Shown here: positions 23,701 through 33,646 of the stretch, piece after piece | How positions within the stretch are numbered: position 1 is the first letter of the stretch | Layout: every line of letters begins with the position of its first letter | From: Coniocarpon cinnabarinum | Lineage: Eukaryota | Reading direction: 5' to 3' | Length of the DNA stretch: 64,000 nt | Assembly: GCA_051942205.1 (NCBI GenBank) | Contig: JAVECO010000044.1 | Span: 1-64,000 of the forward strand | Notes under the pieces: model-generated | Told to the model about the DNA's origin: nothing | Seen by the model: the letters and a program-made list of their open reading frames with translations, nothing else | Database searches by the model: none | Program-made: the position numbers and the translations under genes

Positions 23701-25557
23701 GTTCGACAGCTCAATAAGATCGATGGTGGGCTGTAGATCCTTTCCGAAGTCGATGAATTGCCAGTCAATTTGCTCCTTTGCATACTCTTCTTGTTCAAGA
23801 ACAAACATATGGTGGTTGAAAAATTGTTGAAGTTTCTCGTTGGTATAATTGATGCAAAGCTGCTCGAAGCTGTTGTCCTCGAAGATCTCGAAACCCGCTA
23901 TGTCAAGGACACCCACGAAATGCGTATCGTCCGCGACGGGATCTGATTTGTTCAACTGTCCATTAATGCGATCCACGAGATCTCCAAACGCTCGCTCGTA
24001 AATGCTTTTCGATAAGGCGTCAATTGCGAGTCGAACCTGTTCGGGACTTTGCACTTTCTGGACCCACTCGCGGCCGGCTTTCACTCGTGGATGAAGGAGT
24101 GCGTTCATGAATGGTTCGTGCTGGACACCAAGCAGTCGACATGCTTTGCTCAAGCTCTCCTTTCCCTCGTCATCGATAGTTGCTTGGTCGCTTGACAAGC
24201 TTTGTCTCGATACTCGAACGTTACCTAGATGGAGGATTGCAGCAATACTGCGTAAGATCGAACGCTGATCGGCGCGGGAGAAGTTCATAATCTCGAAAGC
24301 CTCCATCAGGGAATGCCATTCTTCCCGATCTGAGACTCCCGTGATGACATCGTTGCCCTTAGCCGTGTATTCGAAGTCTTCAACATCGTTTTCTCCGATG
24401 AGAAGCTCTCGCTTCAGCGATGAATCTGCACCCCTGAGGAGCTGGTAGAAGATGTGATAGTTGCGTTCGCTGGAGTTCAATTTGACTACGCGTGACTTCT
24501 CGAGCAAATACCAGTCAATGAATGCACCCGCTATTTGTCCATTGCGTGTGAATTGGATGCGGATGAATTTGCCGAACCGGGAAGAGTTGTTATTTCTCAC
24601 AGTTTGAGCGTTCCCAAAGGACTCAAGGATTGGATTTGCACGGAGGATCTGTTGCGATAGATTGGCATGGGCACTTTTCTTCGACCGAGAGCCCGTCCCA
24701 TCGGAAGCGGCCACAGCAGCAAGATACTGTATCACTTTCTTGGTGTTTTCAGTCTTCCCCGCTCCCGACTCTCCGGTCACTAGTATGCTCTGATTTTCTC
24801 CGCCAATTTTCAATTTATTGAACGCTTCATCTGCGACGGCAAAAATGTGAGGCTTGGTGTCTTCGCGGCTTCTTCCCCGATACATGTTGATGTGGTCACG
24901 AGTGTAAATCGGTAGAGGGCAGTAAGGGTTGACCGTCACCAGGAACAAGCCAGAGTAGGTGTAGATGAGGTCCGCCTGGTATCTTGTGTGAAGGTTGTGC
25001 ACAACCGAAGCTTCATTGAGGAAGGTCAGCTCTGCCATATCGTCCGCCTTGTCGAATTTGACTGGGTTGACTTTCTCGACGCTGCTGGCCTCGACAGTTC
25101 TTTGACTTCCATCATCGCACTGAACAAGAAGCTCATCATTCTCCTGCTCCTCTACTACCCATCCCTTTACGAATGTCTTCTCAGCATCATCTAGCCAGAC
25201 ATGTCTCTTCCCAGACACATCAATCTCCTCGTCAACTGCGCCCCGCTTCGAGGAGAAGAGAGCGTCTGACTTAATGAATTGCGGCGCGAAAGTGCCAGAC
25301 ATGCCTGACTGAGATCCATTCCGTATAGAGCCAGTGCGATATCTGATTGAGTTGCTGCGCGGTAGCATGGGGGAGGACGTCGCTGGCGAGTATGAGTGAT
25401 TGCGGTTATGCGCTTGAGGACTGGGCGCCGTAGGCGACGAGACGAGACCAGAATGTCCTCGCTGATGTCGGACTGAAGCTGGAGAAGAGGGCGAACCAAA
25501 GGGCGCAACAGGAGAGGGCAACGCCTGCACAGGCCCTTGCAGCCGCGGACTGGACAT
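20761..25557 (-). CDS. MYO1: Class II myosin heavy chain (cytokinetic; yeast Myo1 / Aspergillus MyoB type)
   Basis: 1598 aa intronless ORF. SH3-like N-domain, P-loop GESGAGKT, switch I NNNSSRFGK, switch II DIAGFE, LRCNGVLEGIRI, IQ region, NPWWRLF head-rod junction and a coiled-coil tail. Confidence 0.96.
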   Translation of the reverse strand: MSSPRLQGPVQALPSPVAPFGSPSSPASVRHQRGHSGLVSSPTAPSPQAHNRNHSYSPATSSPMLPRSNSIRYRTGSIRNGSQSGMSGTFAPQFIKSDALFSSKRGAVDEEIDVSGKRHVWLDDAEKTFVKGWVVEEQENDELLVQCDDGSQRTVEASSVEKVNPVKFDKADDMAELTFLNEASVVHNLHTRYQADLIYTYSGLFLVTVNPYCPLPIYTRDHINMYRGRSREDTKPHIFAVADEAFNKLKIGGENQSILVTGESGAGKTENTKKVIQYLAAVAASDGTGSRSKKSAHANLSQQILRANPILESFGNAQTVRNNNSSRFGKFIRIQFTRNGQIAGAFIDWYLLEKSRVVKLNSSERNYHIFYQLLRGADSSLKRELLIGENDVEDFEYTAKGNDVITGVSDREEWHSLMEAFEIMNFSRADQRSILRSIAAILHLGNVRVSRQSLSSDQATIDDEGKESLSKACRLLGVQHEPFMNALLHPRVKAGREWVQKVQSPEQVRLAIDALSKSIYERAFGDLVDRINGQLNKSDPVADDTHFVGVLDIAGFEIFEDNSFEQLCINYTNEKLQQFFNHHMFVLEQEEYAKEQIDWQFIDFGKDLQPTIDLIELSNPIGIFSCLDEDSVMPKASDKSFTEKLNGLWDGKSQKYRRSKLSQGFMLTHYAADVEYSTEGWLEKNKDPLNDNATKLLAASSDKHVARLFNDCADPEDESGAQKTRIKKGLFRTVAQRHKEQLSGLMTQLHSTHPHFVRCILPNHQKKPKSWNAGLVLDQLRCNGVLEGIRIARSGFPNRIPFAEFRSRYEILCTHMPRSPLDGQSAAKTILQQLQLDPSWYRIGLTKVFFRAGVLAELEEQRETLIREIVCRFQSLSRGFIRRRIVNKTLYRAEAARLIHQNFQVYLDLQSNPWWRLFVRMRPLLGTTRQANELKKRDERIQQLSDQMREDDRRRQKLEDDRKRAEQHTRQVQQTLENERALALDKEEIFKRLQNREVELNEKLQRALDEQKNIEHKHRKSVEQERALSQDKEEMFKGLESRASELQEKLAGALEDQEDLEEQLDEALHARKNAEERTSSLQKNLDEAGSVVEASEASKTVLQTRIRDLEDELAAAHESGSQVSANEQRLEQEHKVLQSQMSLKDRKLGEAEQRASQAEGRLAAAEDRASQAVRAEQRAQQELKALQSRVDVKDCKIKDLENKIAKASHDAAEKAAALSRDIEQKTSQKENELHQDIKMMTSQLGMKDRKIHELESKASKQDQDLSSRVVEMNKEVQTAKRDRHMMSEAKSAVEFELSDVRADLDDLRKEHEQEESIRLQLLEDIRLEREQEESSRSDMMQELSELHMQLDNKSSSLDEIQSNLELYKSRAEEYFNKLEQAESAVTRANKAEEFAKSQCREAEQNSSRIVSERKQTNALVEDLQQRLRKHEEHFEDLSADLNNSMRSRIDRLLKTVDDLQASDSAHSLAAKRAERELQAEKERRLKLEKEIEALKDRRGERENLGVSLSPSGTERKWASTRPLSEVSGNGGWSGSLRSSRSGLHSRAGSVEPSGPSMRPLGSLNSIPGSPEVPKRKSSISKGSHPPVPVATDGEKDFL

Positions 25558-26346
25558 TGAGTCGGCTGTATATACGTTCCTTCCCTACGGGAGCCGTAAA
25601 CGAGCACCGTCCATAATGTAGAGAGATACGTGCAAAGGTAAGCTACAGTCGCTAGCTGAGGGAATATGGGGTGCCAATGCTGACTGTTACGAAGATGCAA
25701 GTAGAGAAATTAGGAGCTGATGTCAACGATGGTCAATGTCACCCATGGCTCGCGTTGGGGACCAGACGCTTTCACTTGTTTATGTCAGTTGCTATCATGA
25801 CAACGAGTAATCGACGAATTTGATTGGCCAGCATCAGCGAAGCACGTGCCTCTCGGTGCGGCCAGGAGGGGTGTGGGAAATCATTACCGTGCGGACGACA
25901 ATCACTTTGCTTGCACATTACTTAAATTGCTTTGCTCCATTTGTGCCATTGGAGCTCTTCTACACTGCTGTGTTCCATGTATAGAGAAATGCCACCGACT
26001 CTCAACGCTGTGCTGTGAGATGATCTAGTGCTGTTGCGAGGGCGTTGTCACTTGGCAGAAAATGATCTGGACCCTGCCGAGTGCTCCGACCGCATGTCTG
26101 CTCTGACTTCATTTATCAATTCCAATCAGTTGCCGTCAACGCTCAACTGCCAAACTCTCCTATCATAAGATTGACAAATACACTTCAAAATCTAGTGTTG
26201 TGTTGCTCTACTGACTGATGTCCGTCGTTAGTATCCATCGGTAGCACAGTGCACCCGAATACGCCACCATGCTCAAAATTTAAGTCAATTGCAGCGCCCA
26301 GCAAGCCGTTTCTCAATGCCCCCAATCCACTCCTCGTAATTTTGCA

Positions 26347-29300
26347 ATGGACTGGCAGTACTTTCAGAATGATCAGCCTTCGCCCATGTACGATCCACAC
26401 AATCCGCAACTTGAGTATCCGACGCCATTTCCTCCCTATCCTCCACCACCACCATTGCCTCCCCCAGGGTTTCAAGATGCATCGATGTTTGCCGGGTATG
26501 CACCTACGTCCCCCACTGGACCTCCACCTCCGCCTATGTGGTCCGGTCTCTTCGCAAACGGGGCCCCAAATCCGGCCGTGATGACGAATTTCGCACCGAT
26601 TGGCTTCAATCAAGTCATGTCTCATCAAAATTTCGCCAATGCGTCGCATTCGACAAACACCGCACCCAACATGCAGCTCAATGACGGCGTTGCTGGAAAT
26701 AGGTCACCCCGTCCAGGTGCGCGCAAGGGGCAGCAGAAGCAGAAGAGAGCAACGCAAAACTCCCGAAACCACAAGAATGGGGCATCGAAGGCTGCGGGGA
26801 ACGTCAAGACAAATAATCAAGATCAGCGCCCTAGCAAAAAGGCCAAGATGAGTTCGTCACATCAAGAGCAGCTCCAACCTCTAGCGGGTGAATCCCTCAA
26901 TCAAAGTATGCAACGTCTTGGGTCGATCAAGGCTACAAGGAAGAAGCAGGCATCACAGTCTCAAAAAGCAAACAAAGGTCTCGAAACGGTGCAAAGCCGT
27001 GAAGTGGATCTGCAACAGCCGGCGAAAAGCACTAACAACTCTGTGGATCAAATGCATCAGCTACGAATGCCACCAGCAGTCAGCACGATATCAATAGAAA
27101 GAGAACGTGAGCGTATGCGGCACTTTCTTCAGACTATGCATGATCACGGGTTCAGCTTTCAGGACCTCCTACGCGAAGGCTTCGACAGTCAATCCCTCCA
27201 TGAGCTATACTCAGAGATTGGGGTAGAGATCCCCCCTGAAGAAGATGAGGATATGTACGAACCTGACGATGTCGAAGACATGGTGCAAGTCAACGAAGCG
27301 GAGGATGATGCATACGAGCCTTCTGATTCATTAAATCCAATGTTCAACATCCGTACTACAGAGCGATCTCGTGATAACGATGGCCATTTGGCTGTCGCAA
27401 AGTCTGCAGAAGCATCGTTGCAGAGTGCTGCACCGTCCAACCTGGCAGCCGCTCCTAATAGAGAAGATTACCTGGCTCGACTCAAGGCTTTGAAGGAAGG
27501 GCATAGGGTTCCGTCGATTCAACCAGACCAACTTTCGGCTCTCATTAGTCCAAGCCAGGAAACGCCGGTATCTCAAATTGGTCCCCAAGATCATCACCAA
27601 GCTCCCCCAGGGTTGCAGTCAGATGCACAAAACAACATTGACGTGGCGGATTCAGATGAGATAGCACGTGCAAGAGCCAAGGCGCGGGAAGCGTTTAGAG
27701 CTGCGCGAAAAGCCAAAGCTGCGGTTCCATCTGCTCCTCTAGTACCACCTTCTTACAGCGCAGCGCCTGATGAGGTTGACAACGACGAAGTCGGCACCAG
27801 CCACGAAAATGGCGTCCCCGAGGTTTGTCCCGCGTATCTTACTACAGACGCGCCTACTTCAGATGCTGCAAAAGATTTCTTCGTCGAAAGTGCGGCGTCT
27901 GATAGTGTTCCGGAGCACGTCCGCTTACCGGGCCTGTTTATGGGTGCAGCTCCGAAGCAGACTGAAGGGTCCAGCAGCTCTACTGAATCTGCTCCCTTGC
28001 GAGACGACTCTGAGCCTCGTCAAACACAAGGCACTGAAGTGGAGGGCGATGAAGGGAAAGGATTCCATGAAAAGGTTGCCACATCTGTTGAGCAGGATCT
28101 ACCTGTCCGGGGCGATCTAGGCGCTGCAGATAGAGACAGCGCCCGCGCGGAAGATTTCATTGAATTTACTGAGGGCGACGACGGTTCATTCTCACGCTAT
28201 CGTCCGAGTCTAGAGCCGGAAATCCCCGGGCTCACAGCAATCTCAAGGCGTCGACCGCACTCAGACAGCTCCAATCGACCACCTCTACAGCACTCGTCAT
28301 CTTATCAAGACCAGATCAAGGGACATCAAAGTAGGATCGACGAGATGAAACGCTTGATCGAGCAGAGAGAATCTAAGAAAAAAGCGGGACGAAGGACTGA
28401 AACCCCGGGAACGCCGCAGATTGGGTTTGCTCACCCGCTGAGCCACAGATCCGAAGATGTACATGAAAGTGTTCGGAAAGGGCTGCAGGAAGCTACCGCA
28501 GTACAGGAAGTGCAACTTCCGGAGACCAACGAGCCTAGTCGCGTGTCTCTCGGAGCGATTGAGAAGGCTTTGCCCGGTTTCATGTCGCATCACAACGCGG
28601 ATGAACCTCGCATACCATCGCGGCAGAGTCAGACGCGCAGCTCAGAGAAGCCCGCAGAAGCAATTGAGCCGTCGCGGTCAACGGAGTCTAGCGCTGCGTC
28701 AACGAGGGAGCACCTGGAAGATGACAACTTGTCACCACCTGGAAGTCATGCACTGTCGGAGCCGCTAAATGAATCTCAAGAAAAGACGGTGCCTAAGCAG
28801 TCTGAGTTTGCAGTGCTGAGAATGGACTTGCAGCAAGAGCAGCGGGAGATGGGCTCAACTGAAGACCCAACACATGGCCTTGCACCTTTGCCGCATCCTC
28901 CTGCATCGGAACTGAGAGTACAACCTTCTCTTCATTCGCAGAATGGCCAGGATGCGCTAGAGGCTGCTGACATAAACCACGAGCGACAGGGGATGGTCTC
29001 TGATAAAGCTGAGTCAGAACTAGGCTCCCCTTCGGAGGCATTTGGACTCCAGGATGTCTCGAATGCAAACGAAACACATCCGGCTTCAGGATCACATGAC
29101 CCTTCCTCAATTGATGAAGATGGAGACGCATCAATGGCGGGTGAGGACCAAGTAGAAGGCAGCGAAGATAACTCAACAACATCTTCTACGCCTGCACATG
29201 CACGTGAAGGTAATGTCGCTGACGAAGACGACGATCTGCGCGAGGCCGTTATGGAAATGGACTCGACCAGCGAAGGCGAAATTAGCGAAGATTTTGAACC

Positions 29301-29952
29301 TGAGGAAGTTTCGCTCCCACAAGTGCCTGTCATTGCTAATCGTACTCCGTTCATGCCAATCGAAGAGGCCAGAGAGATACAGGCCGAAGAGGAATCAATC
29401 CGTGAACACGATTCTCAGCAATATTCTGAAAACGATTCAGATGAGCATTCATCCACCGCCATGGATCTCGAGGGCTCAGACGGGACAGGCGAAGAAGCAG
29501 AAGAAGCTCGAGACGAGTCCAGTGTAGGATCTGCCGAGGAGGGCGAGTATTCGCCAGAGCCTGTACAGACCAATGATCAAACTTATGTAAATCCTGAACA
29601 ACCGGCCGTATCTGCTCAGCATAGTAGCTCGGAGTTTGCTCCTGAGGACTATGAGCCTCCGCAGCCGCATGCAAGCGATTTGATGCGATCTCAAGAAGAG
29701 GTGGGCGATGATGAAGAGCCCGAAGAAGGTGAAGAGGAGGAGGAAGAAGAAGAAGAAGACTATGAGCCACCGGACTTGACTGGTCAGGTCAACTTTCAAA
29801 CAGCCCCGCAACCAGATCACACGTTTGACGACGACCAGTCAGATCCAGACGACTTGTTCGACGATGCACCAGAGGACAACAATTACATCAATAATGACGC
29901 CCAAGACTCAGCCTCGGATGTCGAAGAGCCCTACTCACCTGAGATACCATGA
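26347..29952 (+). CDS. Large, mostly disordered acidic protein (1201 aa); possibly Red1-related
   Basis: Long uninterrupted ORF with a Pro-rich N-terminus, a basic NLS-like stretch, short helical islands (GFSFQDLLREGFDSQSLHELYSEIG; REDYLARL) and an acidic C-terminus with repeated YEP/YSP motifs. The Red1 resemblance is from memory only. Confidence 0.8.
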   Translation: MDWQYFQNDQPSPMYDPHNPQLEYPTPFPPYPPPPPLPPPGFQDASMFAGYAPTSPTGPPPPPMWSGLFANGAPNPAVMTNFAPIGFNQVMSHQNFANASHSTNTAPNMQLNDGVAGNRSPRPGARKGQQKQKRATQNSRNHKNGASKAAGNVKTNNQDQRPSKKAKMSSSHQEQLQPLAGESLNQSMQRLGSIKATRKKQASQSQKANKGLETVQSREVDLQQPAKSTNNSVDQMHQLRMPPAVSTISIERERERMRHFLQTMHDHGFSFQDLLREGFDSQSLHELYSEIGVEIPPEEDEDMYEPDDVEDMVQVNEAEDDAYEPSDSLNPMFNIRTTERSRDNDGHLAVAKSAEASLQSAAPSNLAAAPNREDYLARLKALKEGHRVPSIQPDQLSALISPSQETPVSQIGPQDHHQAPPGLQSDAQNNIDVADSDEIARARAKAREAFRAARKAKAAVPSAPLVPPSYSAAPDEVDNDEVGTSHENGVPEVCPAYLTTDAPTSDAAKDFFVESAASDSVPEHVRLPGLFMGAAPKQTEGSSSSTESAPLRDDSEPRQTQGTEVEGDEGKGFHEKVATSVEQDLPVRGDLGAADRDSARAEDFIEFTEGDDGSFSRYRPSLEPEIPGLTAISRRRPHSDSSNRPPLQHSSSYQDQIKGHQSRIDEMKRLIEQRESKKKAGRRTETPGTPQIGFAHPLSHRSEDVHESVRKGLQEATAVQEVQLPETNEPSRVSLGAIEKALPGFMSHHNADEPRIPSRQSQTRSSEKPAEAIEPSRSTESSAASTREHLEDDNLSPPGSHALSEPLNESQEKTVPKQSEFAVLRMDLQQEQREMGSTEDPTHGLAPLPHPPASELRVQPSLHSQNGQDALEAADINHERQGMVSDKAESELGSPSEAFGLQDVSNANETHPASGSHDPSSIDEDGDASMAGEDQVEGSEDNSTTSSTPAHAREGNVADEDDDLREAVMEMDSTSEGEISEDFEPEEVSLPQVPVIANRTPFMPIEEAREIQAEEESIREHDSQQYSENDSDEHSSTAMDLEGSDGTGEEAEEARDESSVGSAEEGEYSPEPVQTNDQTYVNPEQPAVSAQHSSSEFAPEDYEPPQPHASDLMRSQEEVGDDEEPEEGEEEEEEEEEDYEPPDLTGQVNFQTAPQPDHTFDDDQSDPDDLFDDAPEDNNYINNDAQDSASDVEEPYSPEIP

Positions 29953-30798
29953 GCACAGATGCTCCCGATATACCTACATATGAAGAGCCTTGGCGGGAAT
30001 CTCCAGGTTACTAATTATTTCATCATCTAGTTCCTATGTACGCTTCCCAGCCTTAGAATTCGGCTGCTGCTCGCTGAGAGCATGGCAACCTGACCCTGTT
30101 ACTTTCCTTTCCCTGTCCTCTTCTTTTGCAGATGGATGATAAAGTGCGCTCAATTAGCAGCTCACGTTCCCCCTTGACTTAGGTTTGCGCATCAACGAAT
30201 CTCTCAGCCTGTGCTGGGAGAGGCGATATTTTCCCATGGCACACCCGCCCTAGAATGCAGCATGCAGATGAATTCGGTGCTTGGATAGCACCTAGCGGCG
30301 AAGGGCGTGTAATTCGTGGTGCTTTTCATTGCGATGTCTGCAGCATCTTTGACGCTTTGTCCACCCAAGCAGGAGCCCAATTGACTCAAATAGACCATAC
30401 ACATCGTCATTCGTCCTGCACGAATCTGAGTCGATTGTACGGGGTAAAGGCAGCTCGAAATGCTGAATGTTTTGGTTGGTTATTATGGTGACACTGGCAA
30501 ATTGTATGAGTTAGCTCGGGCCAGCGACATAAGAATTTAGCATTTCGCGCTGCAAAGACTTCCATTGTAAATATGGGAGGCTGTCATTGTCACGATCTGG
30601 ATTTGACGCGTGACGTCATATACTTTACGCGTCCCTCCGTGATGTTTCGCTTGCTTATGAAAATGCTCGAATGTAGAATTGCAAGGGCTACGTATGTTAT
30701 GCAATCTTTATCCTTGCGAGCTCCACCTCCCTGTCGCGCCCCTATTAACATTATATCGAGTCGACTAGGATGACCATGTTTCCGTTCAGAACGCAACC

Positions 30799-32889
30799 AT
30801 GTCATCTTCGCAGCCTTTTGTGACGACGTCGCCTATCTCACCAAGCACTGCGAAACACCGACGATTGAAGTCGCGCTTTAGCTACAAGTCTCTTTTTCAA
30901 CTCGCAAACTACTCCGTCACGACACCTCTGAGATGTATAGCTCACATTGATCTGGATGCATTCTATGCACAATGCGAGATGGTGCGCCTTGGTGTGCCGG
31001 AGGATCGCCCACTTGCTGTTCAGCAGTGGCAAGGCTTAATCGCCATCAACTATCCTGCGCGCGCGTATGGTCTAAATAGGCACGTCACTATCCAAGAAGC
31101 GCAGCAGAAATGTCCCGAGATCATTGTGCAGCATGTTGCGACGTGGAAAGAGGGTGAGCTCGGCTGGGCCTATCGAGAGGATGCATACAAAAACAGTGGC
31201 ACACACAAGGTCAGCTTGGATCCTTATCGGCTACAAAGCCGGCGCATTTTGGCCCTCATAAAAGACGCACTACCAGCCGCCCCCATGCAAAAAGTTGAGA
31301 AGGCCAGTATCGATGAAGTTTATTTGGATTTGTCAACCCACATCCATCGCTTGCTGCTTGAGAGGTATCCAGAATTGCGAGGTCCTCCGCCGTACGAAGA
31401 CCCTACTGAGCAATTGCCAGCGCCGCCAACGACAGCCCTGGAATGGAACGCAGATGCTTTGGTGGATCTCGATGAGGGAGAGGCTGAGGAAGATGCACCT
31501 GACTGGGATGATATCGTCATGCTATTGGGCTCAGAGATCGTGCGGGACGTGAGGAACAAGATTCGCGAAAAGCTTGGCTACACTTGCTCGGCCGGAGTCG
31601 CGCGAAACAAGATGCTTGCTAAATTAGGCAGTGGACATAAAAAGCCAAATAACCAGACGATTATCAGGAACAGAGCTGTGCAGAACTTTCTCAGTGACTT
31701 CAAATTCACCAAGATCCGAAATCTCGGTGGCAAGCTGGGAGATGAGGTAGTGAACATGTTTCAAACGGATTCTGTACAGGAGCTTCTCCAAGTACCAATG
31801 GAACAAATGAAGAAGCTGGGCGACGACACTGGCTCATGGTTGCATCAGACCATCCGCGGAGAAGACCACAGTGAAGTCAACTCAAGAACGCAGATCAAAA
31901 GTATGCTCTCGGCTAAGTCATTTAGGCCAAGTATCAACACTTTCGAACATGGGTGCAAATGGCTCCGAATATTTGTTGCGGACATATACGCACGTCTTGT
32001 GGAGGAAGGCGTCCTTGAGAACAAACGTCGACCAAAAACAATGAACTTGCACCACAGGCAAGGGGCACAGACTCGCTCCAAGCAGTCTCCAATACCGCAG
32101 GGCAAAACAGTCAGTGAAGACATCCTCTTCGATCTGGGCAAAAGTCTGCTGGCTCAAGTCGTTGTTGACGGACGAGCATGGCCATGTGCGAATCTCTCGT
32201 TGAGCGTCGGAGGGTTTGAGGACGGTCCAACCGGAAACAGAGGCATTGGGGGCTTTTTGGTAAAGGGTGAAGAAGCTAAAGCCCTACAGCCGCCGGCATT
32301 GCCACCAAGTGACGATCAAGAGCCCGCAACATCAGAGGCGTCAAGACCGGCCAAGCGGCGCCGCACAGACGATGTCAATAACACAATCAACGCATTCTTC
32401 ACGAGGCAGGAGACGAGTGACGCAGAGCCGGCAGACTTTGAAGATGTGCCATCAGCGCAACCTATGCTCCCGGACCATGATTTGTATGAAGAGCCGTCAC
32501 CACCCCCCACCCCAGACGGTCGCGAGGCGGAAGACAAACCTGGGGAGGCATTTCCCTCATCGTCTCCCCCGCGAGACAATCCTCAGCCACTACCAGAAGA
32601 GTTCGAAAAGTCTTTCGAGCCGCTGCGGCGTTTAGCAGAAATGTTCTGGTGCGAGAAGTGTCGAAGATCTATTAGTGTCGAGGAGCGCGAGGAGCACACG
32701 GACTGGCACTTTGCAAGGGAGCTGCAGAGGGAAGAGCAGACCAGCTCTGCGATGACCGCCAGACCGACACCTCAACGTCCGCCGGCTCAGAAAGCATCGA
32801 AAGTGGGACGGGGTCGAGGACGGCCGCCAAAAGCGACGATAGGCAGTGGTGGGTCGGGCAGAGGGCAGAGCAGGCTTACGTTTGGCTGA
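30799..32889 (+). CDS. RAD30: DNA polymerase eta (Y-family translesion polymerase)
   Basis: Catalytic motifs HIDLDAFYAQCE and ASIDEVY, plus CSAGVARNKMLAKL and IRNLGGKLG. UBZ zinc finger CEKC...EHTDWHFA and a C-terminal PIP-like QSRLTFG. Confidence 0.95.
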   Translation: MSSSQPFVTTSPISPSTAKHRRLKSRFSYKSLFQLANYSVTTPLRCIAHIDLDAFYAQCEMVRLGVPEDRPLAVQQWQGLIAINYPARAYGLNRHVTIQEAQQKCPEIIVQHVATWKEGELGWAYREDAYKNSGTHKVSLDPYRLQSRRILALIKDALPAAPMQKVEKASIDEVYLDLSTHIHRLLLERYPELRGPPPYEDPTEQLPAPPTTALEWNADALVDLDEGEAEEDAPDWDDIVMLLGSEIVRDVRNKIREKLGYTCSAGVARNKMLAKLGSGHKKPNNQTIIRNRAVQNFLSDFKFTKIRNLGGKLGDEVVNMFQTDSVQELLQVPMEQMKKLGDDTGSWLHQTIRGEDHSEVNSRTQIKSMLSAKSFRPSINTFEHGCKWLRIFVADIYARLVEEGVLENKRRPKTMNLHHRQGAQTRSKQSPIPQGKTVSEDILFDLGKSLLAQVVVDGRAWPCANLSLSVGGFEDGPTGNRGIGGFLVKGEEAKALQPPALPPSDDQEPATSEASRPAKRRRTDDVNNTINAFFTRQETSDAEPADFEDVPSAQPMLPDHDLYEEPSPPPTPDGREAEDKPGEAFPSSSPPRDNPQPLPEEFEKSFEPLRRLAEMFWCEKCRRSISVEEREEHTDWHFARELQREEQTSSAMTARPTPQRPPAQKASKVGRGRGRPPKATIGSGGSGRGQSRLTFG

Positions 32890-33646
32890 ATGATGATGAC
32901 GAAGAGGCACGACGCACACGAAGGACGATACCCATTTTGTAGCATAGCTAGCGATGGCGTCCTGGGGTATGTACATAGAGAGCGTACATAGGAGGAATGA
33001 CACTTGGAAGTGTACAGGCTGTTCAAGCCCCTGAGGAGTGCAGCGAGGCAGCGATGATGGGCCACCACATCGGAATCAGCAATCCAGTGGCAGCCAACTG
33101 TCATCACCCCAAACACCCGCCCCCACACACGCGCCCCGGGTATTTTAGCAACTCTAAACGGAACGTTATCCATCTTTTGCTCCTGCACGCCCTTGGTCTT
33201 CTCTTGTCGCTGCGAGAAGCGTGGCCGGGCGAAGCGACGAGGCCGGCAAGCGACTGGAGATTGGAGATTTCAGCCCAACCTCAGCCATCGCGTCTGCTGC
33301 ACGACGACGTCAGCGACCGCCCCGCCCATCGTCCATCTCTCGCCCAGTTCGATCATCCTCTCTCGCTCTTCTCTTCCGTCTGCCACCAGTGTCTCTTCGA
33401 CGACTCGCCCACCCCTCTCGCCTCTTGTGGGCACTTGCGCTGCACCAGCGCGGTGAGCAAGCGAGCAAGTGACCACGGGGTCAGCGTGCCCAGCCCAGAA
33501 GAGTCCTGAAGTGTCTTGTCACATGCTAGTCGGTCACCTTACGACGCCCCACTTCATCTCCTGCCCACTTCATTCTGCAAACCTTATTGGCACCCCGACC
33601 TTCAATTCAATCCGCTCAGCATCTGTCACCCTGACGGCAACCCAAC

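Noticed and set aside
30799..32889. Eso1-type fusion of Pol eta with Eco1 acetyltransferase
   Set aside because: The ORF ends after the UBZ finger and PIP-like motif; no acetyltransferase domain is visible.
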